DNA of 64,000 nt from Minisyncoccota bacterium (GTDB lineage: Bacteria > Patescibacteriota > Minisyncoccia > Moranbacterales > UBA2206): NCBI GenBank assembly GCA_031291955.1, contig JARLIA010000001.1, positions 5,300-69,299 on the forward strand, given 5' to 3'. Below the pieces are notes generated by a model. The model was not told the DNA's origin. It searched no databases and saw only the letters and a list, made by a program, of their open reading frames with translations. Shown one piece after another: positions 1 through 8,458 of this stretch. The position numbers and the translations under genes are program-made. Within the stretch, counting starts at the first letter, position 1; each line of letters opens with the position of its first letter.

Positions 1-2
1 GC

Positions 3-107
3 GCCAAAGCGCAAGACATCATGATGCTGGCAAGCTATATCAAAATGAAAGTGCGGGACGAGCTGGGCGTGCAATTGAAAGAGGAAATACAATACGTAGG
101 ATTTTAG
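3..107 (+). CDS. 3' end of an upstream gene (partial, unknown product)
   Basis: Frame 3 is open from the window edge to TAG at 105-107 (…AKAQDIMMLASYIKMKVRDELGVQLKEEIQYVGF*). I recognise no motif. Confidence 0.3.
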   Translation, partial: AKAQDIMMLASYIKMKVRDELGVQLKEEIQYVGF

Positions 108-134
108 CAATTTAAAAAGCTTAAATAAATCTCT

Positions 135-509
135 ATGGAAAAAGAAAAAGTGCTTAACTTGCGTCTCTTCGCGAAAAACGTGACGCTTGACGACCGGGCC
201 AAGGACTATGTTGTCAAAAGAATCCAGAAGATGGAGAAATTTTTGAAAAAGTCGCTGGAATATGAAGTGGAGGTGAGCGTGGACAAGAAAGGCCAGTTCC
301 GAATCGAAATGATGATTGAGACGCCGTATAAGCTTTATCGCACGACTGAGACGTCCAAATCCATTGAAGGATCGATTGACATGGCGGTTGATCAGATGCA
401 GCGCCAGATTGTCCGCGACATCGACCGCATTCGCGATCTCAAACAGCGCGGCGCCCGTTCTATTAAGAAAAAGTTGGTGCTGGACGGGAAATCCAGATTT
501 AGGGCTTAG
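135..509 (+). CDS. hpf: ribosome hibernation promoting factor / ribosome-associated inhibitor (HPF/RaiA family, short form)
   Basis: The 124-aa product has the HPF/YfiA sequence pattern (LNLRLFAKNVTLDD…EVEV…FRIEMMIE). An hpf gene directly upstream of secA is the synteny common in Gram-positive-type genomes. Confidence 0.8.
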   Translation: MEKEKVLNLRLFAKNVTLDDRAKDYVVKRIQKMEKFLKKSLEYEVEVSVDKKGQFRIEMMIETPYKLYRTTETSKSIEGSIDMAVDQMQRQIVRDIDRIRDLKQRGARSIKKKLVLDGKSRFRA

Positions 510-531
510 TATCTATTTTTAAAGTTTGTAT

Positions 532-1314
532 ATGATGAGTCAGCGTAACGGCATAATTTTTGCCTTGGCTTTGGTGTTTTTGATCGGCGGCTTCGCCTAT
601 TTTATGGCATCCGAAGAAAAAACAACGCTTCAGCAAAGTTCTCCGGAGAATATTTTAGCCGCCGTTCCCGTTCCGTCCGGCGCGTCCGCGACTGCCGCTA
701 CTTCTCCGATGGCCGCGAATCAGCCGGCGGCCGAAAGTCTCAGTGCGCAGCCTCAAGTCGAAGCGCAAGCCCCGGTTTCTTCTCCAATGCCGACTTCTTC
801 GACAACTCATGATTCGTCCAGTCAAAACGATCCTGCCCCCGTGAATGATTCTTCTTTGACTCCTGACACTTCTTCCTGGCAAGATTGGAAAAGCGCGCCG
901 TTTGGAGCGGAAATGAAATACCCGCCGGGTTATTCCGCCTCGGAAGATTCCCGCGATGTTACATTTACTAAAGATGCTGTCACTTGGAAAATTCGTTTCT
1001 ACAGCAACAAAGACAAAAGCAGTTTTGAAACTTGGTACACCGGATATTTTCCGGCCAAAGACAATAACGCTTGCAATTTCGCGGCGGGAACATTGAAAGT
1101 TGGGACACTTTCGATCGATAAGGTAACTCTGAATTCCGCCGCTACGATGACCGCTGGATCTTTTCCCAAATGCGACGCGGCCGGTGATTACGCGATCGGC
1201 ACGGACCTTAGCCAGGTTGCGCGAGTTTATACCGACAAGGCCTCTTCAGATATGACCACAGTCAATCAGATGCTAGGAACATTCCAATTTAACACAAGTA
1301 ACAGTGGAACATAA
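532..1314 (+). CDS. membrane-anchored protein with a Ser/Pro/Ala-rich linker, function unknown
   Basis: It has an N-terminal TM helix (IIFALALVFLIGGFAYFM), then a low-complexity S/P/A/T-rich segment, then a C-terminal globular domain. The ORF track starts at a TTG at 526; the ATG at 532 is the likelier start. Confidence 0.5.
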   Translation: MMSQRNGIIFALALVFLIGGFAYFMASEEKTTLQQSSPENILAAVPVPSGASATAATSPMAANQPAAESLSAQPQVEAQAPVSSPMPTSSTTHDSSSQNDPAPVNDSSLTPDTSSWQDWKSAPFGAEMKYPPGYSASEDSRDVTFTKDAVTWKIRFYSNKDKSSFETWYTGYFPAKDNNACNFAAGTLKVGTLSIDKVTLNSAATMTAGSFPKCDAAGDYAIGTDLSQVARVYTDKASSDMTTVNQMLGTFQFNTSNSGT

Positions 1315-1525
1315 AATATTTGACGAAGTTAATTAATTTAAGATAAGCGGGTAGTCCGTTTTTTTGTTTCATTGTGGACAAAACACTTTCAGCAGTGTAA
1401 GATATTAAGGTAAATTAAAGTATATTTATAGCAGACCGGCGGCTTGTTTAGGTGCTGGTTGTGATTAATTTTGAATTTTAAACTGCAACTTTGCATTTTG
1501 CACTTTGCATTTTGAACTGTTTTAT

Positions 1526-4201
1526 ATGTCCATACTCAAGAAAATGTTCGGTTCAAATGAACGGGAAATCGCAAAAATCCGGCCGATTGTGGAAAAAATC
1601 AATAGTTTGGAGTCGGAAATGGAAAAATTGACCGACGAGCAATTGAAGGCGAAAACAGATGAATTTAAGGAGCGGCTGAAAAAAGGCGAAACGGAAGACG
1701 ACATCTTACCGGAAGCGTATGCCGTTATGCGGGAAGCCGTGAAAAGAGCTGATGGCAAAAGGCTTTTTGATGTGCAGATGATCGGCGGAATAGTTTTGCA
1801 TCAAGGCAAGATTGCCGAGATGAAAACCGGGGAAGGTAAAACACACACAGCCTTGTTGCCGATGTACCTCAATGCTTTGTCTGGAAAAGGAGTTCATTTG
1901 GTGACTGTCAACGACTATTTGGCTAAACGTGACTGCAACTGGATGGGATCAATTCTCCATTTCTTGGGAATTTCCACGGCGTGCATTATTCACGACACTT
2001 CCTACATCTACACTCCGCAAATCATTGACAGCAACGAAGTGAGTGTTGAAATGGAAAATCTCCGGGAAGTCAGTCGGCGGGAAGCCTACGCGGCCGACAT
2101 TACCTATGGAACCAACAATGAATTCGGTTTTGACTATCTGCGCGACAACATGGTCCAGACGGTTGAGCAAATGGTTCAGCGCGATCCGCACTATGCCATC
2201 GTTGACGAAGTCGACTCAATTCTGATCGACGAAGCCCGGACGCCGCTCATTATTTCGGCGCCGGACGCGGAATCGACCAAGATGTATCAGCAGTTCGCCG
2301 CTCTCGTGCCGCGTCTCAAAAAAGACGAGGATTATGAAGTGGACGAAAAGATGAAAGCAGTTTCTATTTCCGATTCCGGCATCAACAAAATCGAGAACTG
2401 GCTGGGGATGAAAAATATCTACGAACCGGGAAAAATCAACTACGTCCATCACTTGGAACAAGCCTTGAAAGCGCAAATAATTTTTCAACGTGACCGCGAC
2501 TATGTGGTGAAGGACGATGAAGTCATCATTGTTGACGACTTCACCGGGCGCTTGATGCCGGGGCGCCGTTATTCAGAGGGTCTTCATCAGGCTATTGAAG
2601 CCAAGGAAGGCGTGCGGGTCCAGAAAGAATCGCGGACGCTGGCCACCATCACTTTTCAAAACTATTTCCGCCTCTATGATAAGCTGGCTGGCATGACCGG
2701 AACCGCTTCTACATCGGCCGAGGAATTCGCCAAGGTTTATGAAATTGACGTCATGGAAATTCCAACCAACAAACCCTTGGTCCGGAAAGATCTGTCAGAT
2801 ATCGTTTATAAAACAGAAAAAGGGAAATTTGACGCTATTGTGGAAAAAATCAAGGAAATAAACGCGACCGGTCAGCCGGTCTTGGTTGGCACGATCGCTA
2901 TTGAAAAATCGGAATATTTGAGCGCGCTCCTGACACGCTTCGGCATTGAGCATGACGTTTTGAACGCCAAACAGCATGAAAAAGAGGCCAACATCATCGT
3001 TTCTGCCGGTCAGCGCGGCGCGGTGACAATTGCCACTAACATGGCCGGCCGCGGTACCGATATCAAGCTCGGCGAAGGCGTAAAAGAAGTTGGCGGACTC
3101 TTTATTCTTGGCACCGAGCGTCACGAAGCGCGCCGGATTGACAACCAGTTGCGCGGACGGGCCGGCCGGCAAGGTGATCCGGGTGCCTCTCAGTTTTATG
3201 TCTCGCTTGAAGACGAACTGATGCGTCGGTTCGGCGGCGACAAACTGAAAAACATGATGGATACTTTGGGTCTCCCGGAAGACCAGCCGATCCAGAACGG
3301 AATCATTTCCAGAACGATTGAGAATGCTCAGCAAAAAATCGAGGGTTTCAATTTCGACACCCGAAAGCACGTTTTGGATTATGATGACGTCATGAACAAA
3401 CAGCGGGAAGTTGTCTACAAGAAACGGAAAGAGATTCTGCTTATGAAGGACGCCAAGAGTGAGATGCTAAACTACATCACCGACGAGATCGAGCGCATGG
3501 TTGGTTTTCATGGCGCCGGCGAGGAAGGCGAGTGGGACATTGATGGACTTTTCGAAGGAATAAAAAATTTCTTCCCGGTGGATAATGCCGTTAAAAACAA
3601 ACTGGAGGTGATTAAAAATGATAACGCCAGGAACCAGGCCGAAAAGAATGGAGATATGACGGAATATCTGACGGGCATCGCCAAGGAAGTTTACAACAGA
3701 AAAGAGCAGGAAATTGGGACGGATATGATGCGAAACATCGAGCGGGCCATCATTCTGCAGACGATTGACGCCAAGTGGATGGACCATTTGGATGAGATCG
3801 ACTATTTCCGGGAAGGCGTCGGGCTGCGCGGTTATGGCCAACGCGATCCTTTGATCGAATACAAACGCGAAGCTTATTTGATGTTTTCGCATCTCATGGA
3901 TAGCATTCATTCAGCCATCGTTCATACGATTTTTAGGATTTCTCCGATGCCCCAGGCGGCCATCAGCCAACACACGCCAGAAACGGTTTCGGCCAATCTG
4001 AATTATTCCGGCGGGGGAGAAGTCCAGCAATTCTCCGCCTACGCTAACGCTTCGGCGGACAAGGGCGCTCAGGAAAGAGAGATAGGAGATAAGAAAGAAG
4101 AGAAGAAGCAAGAGCCGATTCTCAATAAAAACAAAGTCGGAAGGAATGATCCCTGTCCGTGTGGAAGCGGGAAGAAATATAAGCGCTGCTGCGGCGCTTG
4201 A
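1526..4201 (+). CDS. secA: preprotein translocase ATPase SecA
   Basis: It has the SecA N-terminus ([20 protein letters not shown]), DEAD-motor motifs ([11 protein letters not shown]; [18 protein letters not shown]; [13 protein letters not shown]) and a C-terminal zinc finger ([14 protein letters not shown]). The ORF track's 1505 start is a TTG; the ATG at 1526 gives the canonical N-terminus. Confidence 0.95.
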   Translation: MSILKKMFGSNEREIAKIRPIVEKINSLESEMEKLTDEQLKAKTDEFKERLKKGETEDDILPEAYAVMREAVKRADGKRLFDVQMIGGIVLHQGKIAEMKTGEGKTHTALLPMYLNALSGKGVHLVTVNDYLAKRDCNWMGSILHFLGISTACIIHDTSYIYTPQIIDSNEVSVEMENLREVSRREAYAADITYGTNNEFGFDYLRDNMVQTVEQMVQRDPHYAIVDEVDSILIDEARTPLIISAPDAESTKMYQQFAALVPRLKKDEDYEVDEKMKAVSISDSGINKIENWLGMKNIYEPGKINYVHHLEQALKAQIIFQRDRDYVVKDDEVIIVDDFTGRLMPGRRYSEGLHQAIEAKEGVRVQKESRTLATITFQNYFRLYDKLAGMTGTASTSAEEFAKVYEIDVMEIPTNKPLVRKDLSDIVYKTEKGKFDAIVEKIKEINATGQPVLVGTIAIEKSEYLSALLTRFGIEHDVLNAKQHEKEANIIVSAGQRGAVTIATNMAGRGTDIKLGEGVKEVGGLFILGTERHEARRIDNQLRGRAGRQGDPGASQFYVSLEDELMRRFGGDKLKNMMDTLGLPEDQPIQNGIISRTIENAQQKIEGFNFDTRKHVLDYDDVMNKQREVVYKKRKEILLMKDAKSEMLNYITDEIERMVGFHGAGEEGEWDIDGLFEGIKNFFPVDNAVKNKLEVIKNDNARNQAEKNGDMTEYLTGIAKEVYNRKEQEIGTDMMRNIERAIILQTIDAKWMDHLDEIDYFREGVGLRGYGQRDPLIEYKREAYLMFSHLMDSIHSAIVHTIFRISPMPQAAISQHTPETVSANLNYSGGGEVQQFSAYANASADKGAQEREIGDKKEEKKQEPILNKNKVGRNDPCPCGSGKKYKRCCGA

Positions 4202-4324
4202 AATTGCTAGCGAGCCCCGCAAGTGAAAGGTTGCTTTCATTTGGGGCGAGCGACGCAATTTCAAGAAGTGTTGTGGGAAGTAGAAAATGTTGCATTCCGG
4301 GAAAATTCGTGTAGAATACAAGTT

Positions 4325-6028
4325 ATGAATTTAAAGAAGAGATTACGATATAAATTCGCGGGGGTGATTGTGCTGGCGGTTGTGGCCGGACTGATTGCTT
4401 ATCCTAAGGCGGTCGCCAAAATCCCGCCGGTTTACAATGCCCTCAACAAACTCAAAATAAACCTGGGACTGGACCTCCAGGGCGGTTTTCGTTTGGAATA
4501 TAATGCTGATCTGTCCCAGATCGATTCTGCCAAAAGAGCCGAAGCTATGCAGTCTCTCCAGGCGGCCATCGAACGGCGGGTGAATGCCTTCGGAGTGTCT
4601 GAACCGAATGTTTCCATTGCCCGTTCCGGATCAGAAGAACATCTGATTGTGGAGCTGGCCGGCGTCCGAAATGTTGAACAGGCTAAATCGATTATCAAAA
4701 GCGCGCCGCTTTTGGAATTCAAGACGGAAAAAATCGACACTCCAAATCAGATTCCGCAGACCCAGCTGGATGCCGAGAATAAAGCCGCTCAGGCTGAGGC
4801 GGACAACGTTTTGCAACTTGCCGAAAAACCTGGTGCTGATTTCGCGGCACTCGCCAAACAGTACAGCCAAGATCCAGGCTCCAAAGACAACGGTGGCGAT
4901 CTGGGTGAAGTGACCAAGGGTGAAATGGTGCCGGAGTTTGACAACGCTCTTTTTGATTCCAATCCAAAAGATTGGAACGGGGACATTTATGGCAAAGTAG
5001 TCGAATCGCAATTTGGCTGGCACATTATCAAAAAAATTTCCGCCAACGGAAGCGGCGCGACAGAAAAAATCCACGCCGCTCATATCTTACTGGCTAAAGC
5101 GACCCAGCCACAGCCGCAGGTTTCCTATGTCTCAACGGGTCTCACCGGTAAAAATTTGCAAAACGCCAAAGTTGATTTTTCCGGGCAAGATTTAGGCGGG
5201 GTGCAGATCGCTTTGCAATTCGATTCCCAGGGCGCTCAGCTATTTGATCAGATAACCAAAAACAACATTGGGAAACCGCTGGCCATATTTCTGGACGGCC
5301 AAATGATTGAGGCGCCGAACATCAAAACGGAAATTCCGAACGGCCAGGCAGTCATTACCGGCAGTTTCACGCTCGACCAGGCTAAGCAAGTGGTTCAGAA
5401 TTTGAACGAAGGCGCTTTGCCAGTGCCAATTACCTTGGTCTCTCAGGAATCGGTCGCGGCGACACTTGGTCAAACTTCTCTCACCACGGCTCTCAAGGCT
5501 GGCATAATCGGACTCATCATCGTCTTGATTTTTATGATCGTCTATTATCGCTATTTGGGACTGATCGCTTCTTTGGGACTTTTGATTTATACGGTGCTCA
5601 TGGTTTCAATTTTCAAGCTCTCACCGCTCACGCCTTGGGGGGTCACTTTCACTCTCTCCGGTATTGCCGGTCTAATTCTTTCGATCGGAATGGCGGTGGA
5701 TGCCAATGTCCTGATTTTTGAACGGACCAAAGAAGAGCTCCGGGCTGGCCGGAAGCTAAACAGTGCGGTGAATGAAGGTTTTAAACGGGCATGGCCGTCC
5801 ATCCGGGATGGAAATTTTTCTACTCTTCTCACTTCGCTCATTTTGATCTGGGTGGGAACCGGTTTTGTCAAAGGTTTTGCCATTATTCTGATTATCGGTG
5901 TGGTGGTTTCTATGTTCACGGCCATTGTTTTGGTGAAAATTATTCTGCAATTCACGCTCGGAGCGTGGGCGGAGAAAAGGATGTGGTTGATCGCGCGAGT
6001 TAAAAATTCTAAAGAAGAAAAAGTATAA
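4325..6028 (+). CDS. secD: protein-export membrane protein SecD with an inserted parvulin-type PPIase domain in the periplasmic P1 domain
   Basis: SecD motifs are present (NLGLDLQGGFRLEY; LAIFLDGQMIEAPNIKTEIPNGQAVITGSFT; C-terminal 6-TM bundle). Residues ~150-260 are a clear PpiC/parvulin domain (GADFAALAKQYSQDPGSKDNGGDLGEVTKGEMVPEFDNALF…SQFGWHIIKK). The true start is probably the ATG at 4325 (MNLKKRL…); the track's 4223 is a GTG extension. Confidence 0.9.
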   Translation: MNLKKRLRYKFAGVIVLAVVAGLIAYPKAVAKIPPVYNALNKLKINLGLDLQGGFRLEYNADLSQIDSAKRAEAMQSLQAAIERRVNAFGVSEPNVSIARSGSEEHLIVELAGVRNVEQAKSIIKSAPLLEFKTEKIDTPNQIPQTQLDAENKAAQAEADNVLQLAEKPGADFAALAKQYSQDPGSKDNGGDLGEVTKGEMVPEFDNALFDSNPKDWNGDIYGKVVESQFGWHIIKKISANGSGATEKIHAAHILLAKATQPQPQVSYVSTGLTGKNLQNAKVDFSGQDLGGVQIALQFDSQGAQLFDQITKNNIGKPLAIFLDGQMIEAPNIKTEIPNGQAVITGSFTLDQAKQVVQNLNEGALPVPITLVSQESVAATLGQTSLTTALKAGIIGLIIVLIFMIVYYRYLGLIASLGLLIYTVLMVSIFKLSPLTPWGVTFTLSGIAGLILSIGMAVDANVLIFERTKEELRAGRKLNSAVNEGFKRAWPSIRDGNFSTLLTSLILIWVGTGFVKGFAIILIIGVVVSMFTAIVLVKIILQFTLGAWAEKRMWLIARVKNSKEEKV

Positions 6029-6106
6029 GACATATTAACATATTAACATCTTAGCATTTTAACAAAAAACGAGAATGATAATATGCTAATATGTTGAAAT
6101 GTTAAA

Positions 6107-7012
6107 ATGACCATGATGAAAATAATCAACAAACGAAAATATTTCTACGTTTTTTCCGGGACGCTGTTTGTGGCGAGTCTGGTGCTTTTAGCCGTGTGGG
6201 GTTTGCGTTTCGGCATTGATTTCACTGGCGGAACGGAAATGGATGTGGCTTTTTCCAAAACCGCACCGACTGTTGCCCAAATGAGCGGAGCGCTCAAGGA
6301 CCTGAAACTCGATGGGTTGACCATTCAGCCGGCCAGCAATAATCAAGCGATGTTGCAATATATGAGTTCCAGTGACGAGACTAACGCGCAAGTTTTCGCA
6401 GCCGTCCAAAAATTGGATCCGAACGTCAAACAATTGAGCGTGGATTTCATCGGTTCATCTGTTTCCGCCCAGCTCAAATCCAGCGCCGTCTGGGCCATCA
6501 TTTTGTCTGTTATTGGTATCGCCCTTTATATCGCCTGGGCTTTTCGGAAAGTTTCCCGCCCGGTCGCTTCCTGGAAATATGGAACGGGCGCGGTCATTGC
6601 GCTCGCGCACGATATCACAATTACCACCGGCGTCTTCGTTGTTCTCGGACATTTTTATGGCATTGAAGTCGGTGTGCCGTTCATTGCTGCTCTCCTCACT
6701 ATTTTGGGCTATTCCGTCAACGACACGATCGTGGTCTTTGACCGGACTCGCGAAAATTTGCTCCGCTCCAGCGGGAAAGAAGATTTTGAAGATGTGGTTG
6801 ACCGGTCGCTGAATCAAACCTTGGCCCGTTCCATCAACACTTCCATGACGGTGATCTTGGTCCTTTTCGCCCTCACTCTTTTCGGTGGCGCTTCCATTCA
6901 TGATTTTTCCCTGGCGCTTCTCATTGGCGTGACGTTTGGAACGTATTCGTCCATTTATGTCGCGTCGGCCTTGCTGGTGACGATATATAAGTTTCAGGTA
7001 AAGAAAGCTTAA
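6107..7012 (+). CDS. secF: protein-export membrane protein SecF
   Basis: It has the SecF N-terminus (INKRKYFYVFSGTLFVASLVLLAVWGLRFGIDFTGGTEM) and C-terminal TM bundle (VNDTIVVFDRTREN) typical of SecD/F. It directly follows secD. Confidence 0.9.
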   Translation: MTMMKIINKRKYFYVFSGTLFVASLVLLAVWGLRFGIDFTGGTEMDVAFSKTAPTVAQMSGALKDLKLDGLTIQPASNNQAMLQYMSSSDETNAQVFAAVQKLDPNVKQLSVDFIGSSVSAQLKSSAVWAIILSVIGIALYIAWAFRKVSRPVASWKYGTGAVIALAHDITITTGVFVVLGHFYGIEVGVPFIAALLTILGYSVNDTIVVFDRTRENLLRSSGKEDFEDVVDRSLNQTLARSINTSMTVILVLFALTLFGGASIHDFSLALLIGVTFGTYSSIYVASALLVTIYKFQVKKA

Positions 7013-7023
7013 TAAATTTTTTT

Positions 7024-7359
7024 ATGTTCAATCTATTTAAAAAAAATAAACTTGCTAGTGATAATACTCCATCCGATAGTAACCAACCTGTGTCAGTGTT
7101 CGCCACGCCACCCAAAAGTGATGATGGAAAATCAAGCGTCAAGGATAAGGTCATGGGCGTCGGCATGAATATGATGCAAAAAGTTGCCATGAAAAAGTTG
7201 GCCAAGATGAGTCCGCAGGAACAAGCCAAGATGATGCAGGATATGATGAAACCCGAAAATAAAGGCCAGCTCTTGTCCGCCATGGAGATGATGAGAAAAA
7301 GCGGCCAGATTACGGAACAGCAATATCAAGAAGCGAAGAAAAGACTGGGCATATTATGA
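7024..7359 (+). CDS. small Met/Gln/Lys-rich hypothetical protein
   Basis: The ORF is 111 aa with no TM segment and is Met-rich (MNMMQKVAMKKLAKMSPQEQAKMMQDMMKPENKGQ). It lies in the secDF operon position but is not YajC-like. Confidence 0.35.
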   Translation: MFNLFKKNKLASDNTPSDSNQPVSVFATPPKSDDGKSSVKDKVMGVGMNMMQKVAMKKLAKMSPQEQAKMMQDMMKPENKGQLLSAMEMMRKSGQITEQQYQEAKKRLGIL

Positions 7360-7436
7360 TAAAAATAAATAACTTGAAGATAAACGGGCCAATCACCCGT
7401 TTTGACTTTTTTGGGCTTTAAATATAGAATAAAGTT

Positions 7437-8453
7437 ATGCTGGAACATAAAATTAATGACATTAAAAAGCAAGTTCAAAGCGATGTTTTGGAAATAAAAA
7501 ACGGCGCGGAGCTTTTTGAGCTGGAAAAAAAATATCTGGGCCGGAAAAGCGAATTTACCAATATTTTAAAAAACCTGAAAGACTTGTCGCCCGAAGAGCG
7601 GAAAAAGGTTGGCGAGCTGGCCAATCGAACCAAGCGGGAAATTGAAAAAATTATTGCAACCAAAAAACAAGAGCTGGACGGCGCGGTTGATTTGGAAAAA
7701 GAAAGAATTGACGTAACGCTGCCTGGAGCGCGCCGCGGCGTGGGGCATTTGAATCCTATTTCGATAGTCAGAAACGAAATTGAAGACATTTTCACTTCGA
7801 TGGGTTTTGAAATCGCCGACGGTCCGGAAGTGGAAACGGAATTTTATAATTTCGACGCTTTAAATATTCCGGCCGATCATCCGGCCCGCGATATGCAAGA
7901 TACATTTTTTTTGAAAGATGACAAATTGGCGATGCGCAGCCAAACTTCGGCCATGCAGGCCAGGTTCATGCAGAAACACAAGCCGCCGTTTCGCATTATC
8001 GCGCCGGGAAAGGTTTTCAGAAACGAAGCCACCGACGCCACTCACGAACACACTTTCTATCAATTTGAAGCTTTGGTAGTCGGGGAGAACACCAACGTCG
8101 GCAATTTGAAACACATCGCCGAAGTTTTCTTTTCCGAATTTTTCCGGACCGATGTCAAAGTGAGACTCCGCCCCAGCTATTTTCCTTTCACGGAACCGAG
8201 TTTTGAATTCGACATCACTTGCACAATGTGCGGCGGAGTTGGTTGCAAGGGTTGTCGGGGCGGAGGGTGGCTTGAACTGGGCGGCGCCGGCATGGTCAAC
8301 CAGAATGTTTTCACGGCGGCCGGTTATCCGCGGAATAAATATCAAGGTTTCGCCTGGGGATTTGGGTTTGAGAGGCTGGCGATGATGAAATACAAAATCG
8401 ACGAAGTGCGATTGTTCCATGGCGGTGATTTACGTTTTGTAAAACAGTTTTAA
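7437..8453 (+). CDS. pheS: phenylalanine--tRNA ligase alpha subunit
   Basis: Class II aaRS motifs are present (FRNEATDATHEHTFYQFE; FGFERLAMM), along with the PheS Cys cluster (CTMCGGVGCKGCRGGGWLELGGAGMV). Confidence 0.95.
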   Translation: MLEHKINDIKKQVQSDVLEIKNGAELFELEKKYLGRKSEFTNILKNLKDLSPEERKKVGELANRTKREIEKIIATKKQELDGAVDLEKERIDVTLPGARRGVGHLNPISIVRNEIEDIFTSMGFEIADGPEVETEFYNFDALNIPADHPARDMQDTFFLKDDKLAMRSQTSAMQARFMQKHKPPFRIIAPGKVFRNEATDATHEHTFYQFEALVVGENTNVGNLKHIAEVFFSEFFRTDVKVRLRPSYFPFTEPSFEFDITCTMCGGVGCKGCRGGGWLELGGAGMVNQNVFTAAGYPRNKYQGFAWGFGFERLAMMKYKIDEVRLFHGGDLRFVKQF

Positions 8454-8458
8454 CTTAT

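Noticed and set aside
316-522. 68-aa ORF overlapping hpf in another frame
   Set aside because: It is fully embedded in the well-supported hpf CDS, is Arg-rich and low-complexity, and has no motif, so it is a spurious overlapping frame.
1505-1525. N-terminal extensions produced by ORF-track alternative starts on secA (TTG at 1505), secD (GTG at 4223), the HtrA-like gene (TTG at 37684), the hypothetical protein at 21869 (TTG) and the small protein at 15852 (TTG)
   Set aside because: Internal ATGs give canonical N-termini or better RBS spacing. Examples are SecA ILKKMFGS and the GGAGG ahead of 15876. The upstream residues look like non-coding read-through.
4432-5083. Several 80-150-aa minus-strand ORFs inside secD, and similar antisense ORFs inside secA, valS, pheT, clpB and pyrG
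   Set aside because: They are all antisense to long, motif-rich housekeeping CDSs and are typical GC-skew or codon-complement artefacts.
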